Source: the human T2T-CHM13v2.0 reference genome, Homo sapiens
Length of the DNA stretch: 64,000 bases
Strand: one strand, 5' to 3'
NCBI RefSeq assembly: GCF_009914755.1
Contig: NC_060938.1
The translations under genes were made by a program, and so were the position numbers. Below, one piece after another: positions 42,270 to 56,075 of this stretch (the stretch's first letter is position 1; every line of letters starts with the position of its first letter). The notes below the pieces were generated by a model, which saw only the letters and a list, made by a program, of their open reading frames with translations, did no database searches and was not told the origin of the DNA.

Positions 42270-44672
42270 AGAAATGACATCACAAAAAAGGGCTGGCTCC
42301 TCATAAAGCAGTCTTCACACACAGAATGTATGCTGTGTGACCAGGAATTTGTAGCAGCTGAGAAACCATAGTTGTTCATAAGAAAAAAAAAAAAATTAGA
42401 AGGCACAATATGCCAGTATGGCTAGCCTGCCTGCGTTAGGGTCTCAGTGATGCTGGTGGGAAACCTAAAAAAAAAATGTGAAAAATTTTCTTTTCTTCTT
42501 TTCGTGCAATTAGATCTTCTTGACTAAGAAAAAATGCAGACAAGCAATTACTCCGTTACTTTAATTACTCTCCTAATTATAACGATAACCTTGTCACATT
42601 ATCATAATTCCCCAAACAGAAAAACGCATGCTCCAAATTGCACCAATATTTGATAATTTTACCTTGTTAACGGCTCACTGTCAGTATGTAGAGCACTACA
42701 TTTTTTCCCCATTACCTTTCTATTGCACAGTCTATATTTCTTTGCCTCAGAAAATGATAATACATTCTGTACAACATGTTTGTGTTGCACAACCCCGTGA
42801 TTTGAATATGGCTTTTTAACGTCTCGCAGTTTCAGAAGCTATCTCCTGAGCAGTGTGTAATTCTCTCCTGGCTGTTTGATGGTAATGGGAGCTGTACATG
42901 TATCTGGAGAGAGGAGAACCAGCCTGGGGGTAAGAAAGTAGCTATTTATCAAGGTATCTTACAATCTCAGTTTATGTTGTTGTAAAATGTTATTGTGCAC
43001 GTTCCCTGAGATTATATCCGCTAGACATTTGTCAGCCATTGTCAACATACTGTAAGGAATAAGCATGTGTATTATTCCAGTCAACTTAATTTTATTCTGC
43101 ATTTCTTTGCCCTCATTTTCAAAGAGACTGACTACTGGGGACCCTTGCTTAATGGTGCCATCTGCTAGGTTATGACTTGTACAGAACGAATGTTGGAAAT
43201 GTTCTAGAACACTCACAGCACCCTGGCAGGTAGATGGCAAGGCATCCTGATGCACGGCTCCTGCCATCATGGAAATTCTCCCTCCGTTATTACAGCAAAT
43301 GATACTGTTGACAGCCAATAAAGTTACAGAATGACTGCCTAGAATACAATGATAAAGTAGGAACGAGATAAAATAGAATCGTACCAGAAGCCTTTCCCAC
43401 TAGAATGTCAAATTGCCCTTTTTTAAAAATGTATCATAAAGTAACCTTGAAAATCATTAGTTCTTTAGATAGCCCCGGTCTTTGGTAAAATTATGAAATT
43501 CTATTGCTGTCATTGTCTTTGTATTTTGTTGTTGTTGTGGCTGTTGTTTGGTTTTAGTGCTCCTAAAATTCCAGAGCTTCTCATCCTCACATCTATGTGA
43601 CACTTCTGTCACTTCCATGGACACATTCCCTCATTTCTTTTCTGTCCTTAAGCTTTCTTACCAATTGAAACTGGTCTCAAGATAAGTTGAAGACTCTTTC
43701 CCGCTACAGGGAATATGACTAATACCAATGCTTAGTGTTAGTTTTCTGACAGTTTTTACACTTTAAAGCTATGAGTAAAACCTTGGACTAAATGCAGGCA
43801 TCTGAGAAAGTAAGTAACAATGCCGTGGAAGGAAAGGCATCACTTGTTTACACACCTGGTCACCTTCTTTAGTCCATGGGACTCACTCACGTTTCCAAGA
43901 GAATATTTCATTTCCACACAGACATAGACATTTCTGACAGTTAAATCCAAAGTAACTCAAATGCTACATAACATTTTTACATTGTTTTGTGTGTTTCTTG
44001 GGTGTGTGGCATTTGGCATCAAGAAGACCCGTGTTTCAATGCAATCTCTGCCACATTTTGGCTGTGAAGACCAAATGCAGGTTATTTGACTTTTGGGAAA
44101 CTCAGTCTCCTCCTCTGAGAATTGAGGTTTGTAATACCAACTCATGAACTCATTCTAAGGATCAGATGAGATAATAGATCAGAAAGAGTAGGTGGGTCTA
44201 TAATGTTAGTTACTTGAAGCTGGTTCCCAAATCTCCTCCTAACCCACCTTTCTTTCTTTCTTTTTTTTTTTTTTTTTTTTTTTGAATCTAGACTCAAGAT
44301 ATATTAAAGACTATGCTCATGGACATCAATTCTTTCCTGTCCTTTAGGGCAGTATTCAGGCCACACGGTTCAATAACGGGAAAGAATGTCGTCACATGAT
44401 TGCATCATGTTCTTCAAAATGAAATCTATTGAACAGTATAAACAACAAAGAACATCATTTGTCAGAATGACCTGGGGGAAATAGTCCAGTGAAACTAAGC
44501 AAAGGGAACTTTATACCGTGAGGGAAAATCAATGGATTGTAACAGAACCCTGCAAGAAGAGACATAGCTTTCAAGTTCCAGAGACCTAGAGGTGACTGAG
44601 AAGCAGGATGTACCAGAAACTGGGCTTCTTGTTCTACTTATCTAGCGCCCTTTTCACAGTGTTGTATATGTA

Positions 44673-44715
44673 AATAAATAATAAAGCAGTGTGATTTTTA
44701 ATTTTTTTTTTTTTT
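44673..44715 (+). terminator. Candidate intronic polyadenylation site
   Basis: Tandem AATAAA (44673-44678, 44680-44685) followed by GTGTG and a long T tract. Confidence 0.45.
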
Positions 44716-45006
44716 ACTTATGTAAAGTTAGACATCAAAAAGCATCTGTTGGACCTCCACTCCTTAAAAGGAACACATACTAAGTTTGAGAATTATGGTT
44801 CTCTGGGCATTGCTGCCTGGCAATTACAGAAGCCTAGGGAAGTAGGGGTTATCACAGTTGTTCCCAGGTAATATCACAGTAGTTACCCCTGTCACCAGGG
44901 CCTTACAACCACTTCCTAATGGTGAGATTGGAATGAGACTGGATGTGTCTGACTCCATGGTCTATGTTGTTTAACAAATGCCAGATACATTGAGTCCCAC
45001 ACACCT

Positions 45007-45387
45007 TGTGTTAGTTTGTTCTCACACTGCTGTAATAAGCTACCTGAAACTGGGTAATTTATGAATAAAAGAGGTTTAATTGGCTCACAGTTCCTCAGGC
45101 TGCACAGAAAGCATGGCTGGGGAGGCCTCAGGAAACTTACAGTTGTGGAAGAAGGGCGAAGGGGAAGCAGGCACCTTCTTCACATGGTGGAGCAGGAGGA
45201 AGAAAGAGAAGAGGGAAGTGCCACATACTTTTAAAAAACCAGATCTCCCGAGAACTCATTCACTATCATGAGAACAGCAAGGGGCAAGTCCACCTACATG
45301 ATTCAATCACCTCCTTCCAGGCCCCTTCTCCAATGTGGGGATTACAATTCAACATGAGATTTGGGTGCGGACACAGCAAAACCATGA
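45007..45387 (-). mobile_element. MSTA/THE1D-type solo LTR (MaLR)
   Basis: TGTGTTAGTTTGTTCTCACACTGCT...GGGAGGCCTCAGGAAACTTACA...CATGAGATTTGGGT. Confidence 0.9.
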
Positions 45388-48198
45388 CTTGGCTCAGATC
45401 TCTTACCTCCAAACCCTAGTACTTTATGTAATCTTAAAATAGAAAAACAGACAAACAAAAAAATAGATAAAGTTGACTTTTCTCTCAAGAAAAGTGAAAT
45501 GTTCTATTTCCTCTTAGGTGGAGACCATGAGTATGTCTGCTATTTGTACATAACTCAATGGATGATAATTGATCTAAATTCCAGGGAAGACATGAGAGTT
45601 TAAAGGGAGACACTCATGTAGAAGCCCTAGTGTGAAAGGGCCCCTACATTTGACACTTACGTGGACAGCCAGAAGTCAGGGCACTTGTCCTCTTCCTACA
45701 TAGGTGAACTTATTAAGGGAAGGAGAGGGTGGACAGAGCGTTTTGCTTTTCTATGGCCCTGTTTTGAATGTTGACATGGCAGAACACCAAAGTGGCACTT
45801 GGCTACCTGCTCTTCTCTGCCTGTACATAGGGAATATTTCAGCCAAATGGCATTGTTTTCTCATAACCCACGAATTGATTTGGCCAGTGACTATGTATTA
45901 CTCGAATATGTATTGCTTGGATTGGCTTCAATTGCCTATATCAGTTTAGAAGCTTTAACAATGTTTAACCCATATGTTGAGTAAAATTTGGGAGTATTAA
46001 AAGAAACACTGGTTTACCTCATTTTAGTACAAATGAATCGTCTTAGAGAAATAGAAAGCAATCAAAAATTAAACAAGTAAATACAATCACCAGTAACCCG
46101 GGTTAAAAATATATTTAGGTAATTAAAAGCCTAAGTCATTACATTTCCACTGGACCAACCAAGATTGTTCCAAATGTATTCGTGGAAGATTTATTAAAGG
46201 ATATTTTGACATTGGCAAAAGGGCTAGTTTTCTGGTGGGTTATGAGGCTCTCAAATAACATCAAAAGGCAGTATTTGAAAGTAAGATTCTGTCATGCACA
46301 CCGTTTTCTGTGTCTTTTGAAGACGTGGGTAACTCTATTACAGAAAAATACTACTATACCTAGCATGATTGAAACAAACTGTATGTAATGTAATGTAATA
46401 GTTCTTAAACTGTGCAGCTTCGCATCCTCTGCAAATCAGCTCCTACATCTGGACGATGAGAATTCTAATAGCACTGATCTCAAAGGGGTTTTTGGTTGTG
46501 ATGTGAGATAGATAAGATTTATCATGTGATCACTAGTTTTATCAAGTGAAGGAGATAAGAGACTCATCCTATGATCACTAGTTATCTTGGCTCTCTGCCT
46601 TACCATTTCTATGATAGCAAGAAAAGAGCAACAAAGTTATGAACTCTGCCAGTCTTGGTATGCAATTTGTAAGATAGTATGTATAACAGTCAGTGGTACA
46701 AAGCCACAGAAATCCTAAAGTGTTATTTTAAACCAGATTTCCATTTTCGTCACCTCCATTCCTTTCAGGGATCTTGGGAAAGGGAATGAACTACTTTACT
46801 TTGAAAAACAGTTTTGTTTTGTTTTATTTTCTGAACGAAGATAATGAAAGCCTTCCTGACCCAAATAGCATATGCAGCCTGGAGTGTCATATATTGTTTT
46901 TGCATAGGAGTGATATTAATAACCTGAGTATGTATGCAGTCATCAAAATAGCTTTTGTCATAACATCACTTGTGTGCTGCTATTTGTCTCATAAGTAATC
47001 TGTCACATTCATTTTAAGTTGAAGTGTGGATATGTGACAGGTGGAATCTACAATTGTTTTATTGGGCTGGATGTAAAAATAATGACCTTGATGTTGCTAT
47101 TCAGAATATTATGTGGCATCTGGGACCCCGATAGTTTCCCAATATTATTAATAGTGATATTACTACCTCTCCATTACATGCATGGTTAGTGATCAAAATT
47201 TTTTTTATTTATTTAAATTTTTGAATGATTTTAGAAACCATATGCATGGAGATGTATTAAGATATATAAGCTTCTTGTGGTGAGGTTATTGGTTTTAAAA
47301 TACACATCGTTAGCTTTTAAAATAAAAGTTGGCATTTCGAGTTGTCATGCTTGAAAGACTCTTGGAAGTAGCATTAAAAGAATCCTAGATTGAAAGCTAA
47401 TTTAGGTCAAGAGGGAAAATGTGCTTGATGTGACACTGATAACTTCATACCAATTGAATCCATGGGGCCTTGGAACCTGAAATGGAATTTATGATAAAAT
47501 ACCCACCATGAGGTCTTATCTTAATGGAGAAAACACATTGCTTTGTTAGTCCTCCAGACAGAAACTTCATTGTTTGGGGAATGATTTCAGTAGAGGATGA
47601 AAGGATGAATAAGCAAAATACACCGATTTTTTTGTCAACTGCCACCCCTCCCACCCCGATGTTCCCACCAATCATTAGAATAAGAAACATGAGTCTTTGT
47701 CCTCTGCCAAATCTAAGCCATGCCAACAAGTAAACCTGTATAGGAAAATGACACAATTAGGGAAATTTGCAAGTGCTATTATGCCAGCAGTAGTTTTTTC
47801 CATGAAGTAATCTGATGATTCATACACTGGAGATCAGGAGACAAAACAGATTCTACCTGGTTAGAGACCCACTATCACAATGATACTTGGCCTAATTCAT
47901 TTTGGTTGAGGGCCTGATGAGCCACACATGCGTGGGTCAGGGAAGATGGTTTTCACCGGATGCCTGTTGAGTCTGATTGTAGAGACTTTCAAGAGAGGAT
48001 TTTATTGAGGAAAAAAAGAAGCAAACATAACAAAGTATTATTCTGCTTTAGACTGAAATCAGGGACTGTTTTCTGAGAATAAAATGACTTCATAAAGGAA
48101 TCAAGAAAATTATCTTGATGCTCAGCCTGTAAGATAATCAAAGGTAAATTCTCAAGTTGAATCCTAAAGGAACACTCAGTCCTCTTAACTTCCATGGT

Positions 48199-48236
48199 TG
48201 TGTGTGTGTGTGTGTGCGTGTGTGTGTGTGTGTGTG
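48199..48236. repeat. (TG)n microsatellite
   Basis: Read directly. Confidence 0.92.
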
Positions 48237-49074
48237 CAAGATAGAAATTTCTGCAGCTATTTAGGTGAAAGCACTTTGGAAAATGCAATATTTATTATTC
48301 TTCAGTAGTTGATCCAAATACATACGGTGGAATATACAAGGTTTATATTCCTGGCCTGGTTGCAGGGGAAGAAAGTGTCATCTCGTGGCTGAAAAATAGT
48401 CTCAGTGTTGGATACTATGAAATCTTCAGCATGAAAAAAAAAAAAAAGAACATATCCCTTCTATGTATCAGCTTCCCAGGAATGAAGCAAACATAAATAT
48501 TTTTCAGTTTGGTCATTTGTGAATTAGTCATGATGAAAAAGCCTTCCGTTTCTGCCAGATGAAGAGTAATACAGCACAGAACTTTGAGGCAGTATTAATA
48601 TTTCTGTTGTGCCTAAAAAGTAATCAACATAGTTTCCATGGGTCACACAAAATTTCTCATGATTGAAACAGTGTCATTGAAAGTTGGGGGAAGGACACAT
48701 CGGTTAGAACATATTTAAATGAAAAATGTATTTATGCTTTCACTTCATGGTAATTTTATCAGAGGGGCTGGGTTTGGGGGAAGATACCTGCAAACACATG
48801 CATAAAGTTTGGGCTTCATGAAAGTGGGTGAAAGCATCATATTTGAGCTGCCACATTTGACATGTCCCCCTCAGAATCCCATGGACACTGGACAGTTTCC
48901 TGAACGCTGTGGTTTCCCCATCCCTGGTGGGTGTCTGCTTGTAATAGAAGCTCCAAAGATACCTGGAATCTCGAAGCTTCCTTCGGCATCTTCCTTTATT
49001 AGACCAACTTGAGGCTTTCTAGAAAAGCATACACTCTGTGTTTGCAATGTGTGTGTGTGCCCAGTTGCCACATT

Positions 49075-49596
<522 letters not shown>

Positions 49597-52053
49597 TGAT
49601 TTTTATTTTTTCCTATAGAGATCAGGGGAATGTTAACTTCCCCTAGAAACAGCATGACTTGCCGTCCTCTCAGCAGGTGAGTTACAGAAGGCCTGTAGAG
49701 TACCACAAGAAAGAGGCCTGACTACTTATTTGGAAATTAGCTGTTTTTGTTCTGCTTGTGGAGGGTTCCTTGAGAATTTGGCCCTTTCCCTGTTTTATAA
49801 GGGGACAAATAAAGATGAGATAGGGAAGTGGGGGTAGGCATTGCCTTTGTTCATGGGACCTTGCTGATCTGCGGGGGGATGATTGCTGGGGGAAGATCAT
49901 GGGGCTTGGAGGCAGAGCGCATAGTTTTGGCTCCACTTCTGCCCTAGGTAAGTCATTCAGTGTCTCGCTGAATGGGCTGAGTTTTGCTTTCCTGCTTCTG
50001 CACTTGAAATGCTTATTGTAAGGAGAGTGAACATGGAAATCATAAAATGATTGGACAGGCTCAAGGACCATGTGTAAGGCGTTAATACCAAGTCAGTGGT
50101 CATTGCTAGGTATGTTTCTGAATGAATTTAATTTTTTTTCTGGTATAACCTGCAGTTGGGGATTTTAGTTAAAAAATGTGCTCACATTCAAGAAGCCTGG
50201 ACCAGCTCTGGACCAAATTGCACAAGAGGTGGTGTTTGGGCTTCAAATCCAGTTCCTGCTTTGTTGTTGTTGTTGTTGTTCTTTTTCTCTTTGTTTTCAT
50301 GAACTTCTTCAGGGACTCAATGGCCTGATCCTGCACTCTTCGCCCCACAATTAATGAGGCCACTTCACTATGGAGCCCAACCTTGGCTGCTCTCTCTCCC
50401 TATTTCTGGGATCTTTACCTTTCTTCTCTCACCTACTTAACTTTTGGAAACCCAGTTTTACTACGTGTAACCTGGAGATGCCATTACGGACTTCAGAAGT
50501 TAACATATGTGGTATGTAAATCATCTAGCACAGTGCCTGGTGTATATCAGCCGCCTCTCTCTGCCTCTCACTCATTCCGTCTGTCTCCTCTTTTCCCTCG
50601 TCTCCCTTCTCTTAAGGATTTGCCTGCCAATCTATCTTTTATTTTAGAAATCCCAACGGTGGTACTGATGGATCAGTAAACCCTTTCATGATACATAGTA
50701 GCAGTTTCCTAGTGACTGCAACTCTTCACTGAAACAAAGACTTCACAGGTGGTGGATTTTTAGGCTTTGTGACAAACTCGTGAGGGCTCTTTGGGGACAA
50801 AGGAGGACATTTTAGCCACTCCAGATTACCATTTTTGCCTTTGAGCATTGTTCTTTAATTTCTCCTAGAAAGAAAAGAGGAATCTGCCTGAAGCAGCTCT
50901 GCCATCCGCCGACACCCTTGGCAGTTGAACACTGATTGTCAAGCCCACCGTGGGCAATGCAGGTTTCCTTTTGCCAGCCTGGCATGGAGTGAAGGGGAAG
51001 TTTGTGCTCCTCTGGTTGCCTCAGCTGACCAGGAAACCGTACCAGGAGCAGCAGGGAGGGCAGAGTCTAGTGGAGTCCTCTGTGCTGGGACTGTGGGACC
51101 AGGACAGGGCAAGGACAGCAGGAAGGAAAGACCAACTCATGCAGCAAACACCACCCACACTGGATGCATTCAACTCAGTCCTTAGAGATAAATGTTAGAG
51201 ACAAAGGCACCATTAGGAACCAGGACACTGGACGTGTACTTTAGAGTTCTCATAAAGTCTGCAGACAGTCACAGTGAGGAATGCGCTGTAAGAATTTCAG
51301 ATGAGGTTTATTTTGTCCCCTAGCCCTTTGGTTATCACGGTTTGTTTTGGTTTTAGCAGAGCTAATAAAAAATACATTTATCTTGCTACACAGTGATGAG
51401 ACAATAGCAGAATACCAACCCTGAAATCACGTTATTAAAGCATTTTCTTTTTCTGTGCTTTTGGAGGGATTTTGCATTAGCCAAAAAAATGATGACAAGT
51501 GTTGTCATGACCAAACTTTCTTTTAAAAGTTTTGGCCAGATTGAATTGTAGGATCACGTTAACATGACAGTGGGTCTTAGTGGTATTTGTAAGATGTTGG
51601 TATGGCCATTTTGTCTACCACAGTGTTCTTTAAACAGCCTTTCTCCAAATGGGCATATCGTCTTTCAGCCTTACAGAAATCAAAAACAGAAAGTGACAAG
51701 CTTTCACACCAAATAAGACTGTGTATCTCCACCATCCTGTTCTCTAGCTTCTGATATTAACAGCCATCACCCAAGAGGGTAGAGCTGTTATTTTGACACA
51801 TAAATTGTACCCTGGGCTCCTTTGAAAATGTTCTCTGGTTCCTTGTCAAGTTTGCATTGAATATTAAAGATAGAAGACCTTGGTTTTTATAGGCATCACA
51901 TTCCAACTCCAAATTAGATTCTATGTGAGGATATTGTAAATAACTCAGTAAACACATATGAAAATTGAACATGTAGCAATTCAACTTCCTTTTCATTTTA
52001 GGAATTAGAATTCATAGTCTTACTTTCTTACTTTAATCTGATTACAGTATTAG

Positions 52054-52551
<498 letters not shown>

Positions 52552-55500
52552 AAATTCCCCTTATTTTTTTAAAAAAACAACTCTGGTGGCTTAATGTATT
52601 CCATTATACTTGCCTTTTCTTTGTACTTTACTGAGTCAAGAGTTTAGATTTTAAAGCTTCTGTTACTTAAAGTTTATGGTTTTCAGTAGTGTTGCATTTG
52701 GATGATGGTAGGTGGTGACAGTAGATCTAGGGTCCTGGTAACATTCTGAAGATTTGGGACTCGGGGCTTTTCTTCATCTGCTTTGCTCAAGACTGAGATG
52801 GTTTCAATGGATATACTTTACTTCAGCCCTGGATGATATCTGTGAATGTGTTTCTGTAGAAAACGATGTCATCTTAAGAATCCCATCATGTTAACTTAGG
52901 GTCTGCTATCATGTTTTTATATTCTGGAATTTCTTTGAGAATAGAAATTATCACCTTATATAATAGTTTCAGAAATTTTAACAAACTATAAAAAAAAGTT
53001 GTGGGGTGGGGAGAATATTGAATTATTAGGTGGTCAAATAATGTATAATATGACATTTTCACTTAACTGTTGACAATTGGCAGCATGAAGAGTGTAACCA
53101 GTGGATGGGGTGATTGATGTAGACATAAGGAAGAAGAAATGGTTTGTATAATCTCTGCTGTTCCCTTCGATTGACATGCTCAAAGGCTGCCTATACCAAA
53201 GATTGATTCCAAGAATTAGAATTAAATGTAATCATTGTTAGTCCAGTACTGAATATTTCCTCGATGTGCTTACCATGGTGGAGTGGGAGGAATCTTATTT
53301 AGGTGGGCTGTGGTGGGTCAGCATGGGGACAGAGCCAAAGGGAGGCACAGCTTCTCTGATTTCCTGTGTATTTGATATCCAAAGAACACAGTTAGGACCT
53401 TTTTCGCTCATCAAGTGTCTCATGATGTGGTGTGTCAAAGCTCTCAGTGGCTCTTGTTTCTCACTACGGTGACCTAAACCATTTGTCAAGAGATACCATT
53501 GTTTTGCATTCAGTGAAATAGAAAGGTGAACATGTGTGTATGTGTTTTGGAAGGATGGGATAGTGCCAGTTTACTAGCAATTTCCTGTAATCTGCAACCA
53601 GTCTTACCTATGCAACCCCAAATATTTTGGGGTCCAGAGCCTTGAGAACGATCACTATTATTATCTGACAGCTGCATAGGGGTGAGACAAACCATAAAAT
53701 GTTGAGAACCTCCAGCCTAGACAGCTATGGCCTCACTGTTGTGTCTGGCATTCACTGCTACAAACAACACAAATCATGTACTTTATATCTTGAAGTTGTC
53801 ACTCAGCCCTGTGTTTTCTCATTTCTGTGTCTTTACTTAGATCATAAACCTAGGATTTCCTTTTCTCTGCTTATCTAAGTCCTACTCCTCTTTCAAGGCC
53901 AATCTTAAGTGGCTTATCTTCCATGAAGAATTCCCAGACTGTTTTAACTCACGGTGGTTCCCTTTTTCTGGGAGCTCATAGTCATTATCAGTTATACCAC
54001 TTTGGGCTATTCATCAGGAGCTGCCGTGTGTACTTTTATGTTCTTTTGTAGTTGTTATTTAACTGTCATTTTCATTAACTTCTCAAGCAGGTATGCGTTA
54101 TCTCCTCAACCCAGACATGGGGAGCAGGACAGTATATCCAGTAATTTTTTGTACTGTCTGCATAATTATTCACGTCCCGTATTCATGGCAGGGGTTGTTA
54201 TTAAGCATGTGTTGGCTAACTGATTATAAGACAGTTATGTGCAGACAGTAGGCCTCGCTATTCTTTTATAGCTCATTTTTCCTGCATGTTGCTAGGCACA
54301 GAGTAAGTTTTGTGCTTTAGTCCCTGTAAGTATATGGTGACTGGCTGACCCACTGGGTCCACAGAAACACACATTCATGCTTCTCATTCAATACATTTCG
54401 TGTGTGCCTTGTGCCCTGCTTGTGGAAGATAGTTCAAACATGTTAATTGACTTACTCTTCATAGTAGCCCCTTGAGTTAGCTGCTGTTATTTATATTTTA
54501 CAGATGGCTAAGGGACTTAGAGAGTTTGAGTAGCCTGTCCAGATCTTATGGCCTGTGGAACCTGGATTTGAACACAAGTCTGAGTAACTCTCTCAAGAGA
54601 GAGTTTTTGTCACTCACTACTTTCCACTCTACTGAATTCTTACTACATACATGCCACACTTCAGTTTTTTAGTCATTCCTATCTCTGATTAGTCACAGTT
54701 TTGTGTGCATACATTTCTTTGTGAGTCATCATTTTGGGCATAGAACTGGGTTGAAACTCATAGTCAGCAACCCAGATTTGTCTATCATATCCTCCATCAG
54801 AGGAAAGTTCCTATCAATGTAAATAGAGGGATGGGTGGCAAGTTATTTTAAAAAGCTGATATATCACAGAGAAAAAAATCCTGCTAAGAGAGGGAGACCC
54901 TCCCTCTCCCACCCCTTCACTCCTACCCCACACATCACACTCACACATCACACATATCACATACATCACACTCACACATCTCTCTCTCTCTCTCTCACAT
55001 ACACACACATCTTTGGGAGCAAAAAGTAATTGAGTTTTATTTTTAGGTCAGTGCAATTAGATTTTTCTTTACTCGCTTTTAATATTATATTAGCTTTCTC
55101 TGATAAAATGAAGAAGCAGTTTACGCCTGTTGAGGTAATTTCTGAATCAGATGTGGGTTTCTTTATGCTCCACCATGATTGGCCAGTTGCTTTGTAATGA
55201 AGGAGTTTGCACTTCAGCTAAGCCTGGAAAAATGTCTCAGCTCCTTCTACTGGGTGTGCCAACCCTTTCAGCTGTTCAAGACACAGGATGTGAGGAGGAA
55301 TTGTTTAACGGTGACAGCATGGAGTAAATTCTGACATCAGGTGTCAGGGGTTCTATTCTTGGTTTTGTTTCTGGACTGCTAATTTAGGGTGAGAATGATT
55401 TTCCCCTCAGCGTCCTCATCTGGGTAGTGAAGTAGTCCAGGACAGTATTTTTGCAGCCATTATTTGGGTTTACATGATCTCCTTTTGACATTCTCAAGTA

Positions 55501-55624
55501 AACCCTGCTTTAAGTTTTAAGACTTTTATACCACATCTAAAGGCTCAGTGGAGTGAGTTGAGCCATCAGAGAAATCTGGCTTGTTGTGTCTTCCTCATTT
55601 CTTTTGATTAGTCTGAGTTGCCAG

Positions 55625-55785
55625 ATCATTTTCAAATGGCTGTGCATCAAGGCTCACCTGGGAGCTTGTAAACATAGTGGTGCTTGGCCCGTAAGAGGCC
55701 GGATCCACAGGGGAAGGTCCCAGTAGTTCAGATTTTCAGAGTTCTTCCCAGGAAACCGTGAAGCATACTAGTGATAAGGGCATCT
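55625..55785. mobile_element. MER5-family DNA transposon
   Basis: GGCTGTGCATCAAGGCTCACCTGGGAGCTTGTAAA motif. Confidence 0.55.
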
Positions 55786-55858
55786 GGGCTGCACCATTAA
55801 CCAGCTCAAAAATAGTTCATTCAGAATTTCCCCATGACTATTTCATTATTTTGTTATT

Positions 55859-56075
55859 AGGGTTGATAGTTTTAATACATAAAAATAGAGGATAAATGAT
55901 AATATTTTATATATAAATAAAAAACATATATGTATAATAGTATATTTAATACATAAGAATAGAAGATAAATAATAAATAAAAATAGGTATATTTGAATTT
56001 CTGATAATGCATATTCTTGCATGCATATGTCCCACGCAATATTCGAATCTTGTTTTATCTTGTTTGGCAATGCTT
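55859..56075. mobile_element. MER53-like hAT element with AT-rich interior
   Basis: TAGGGTTG...TTTGAATTTCTGATAA...TATGTCCCACGCAATATT...TGGCAA. Confidence 0.6.
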
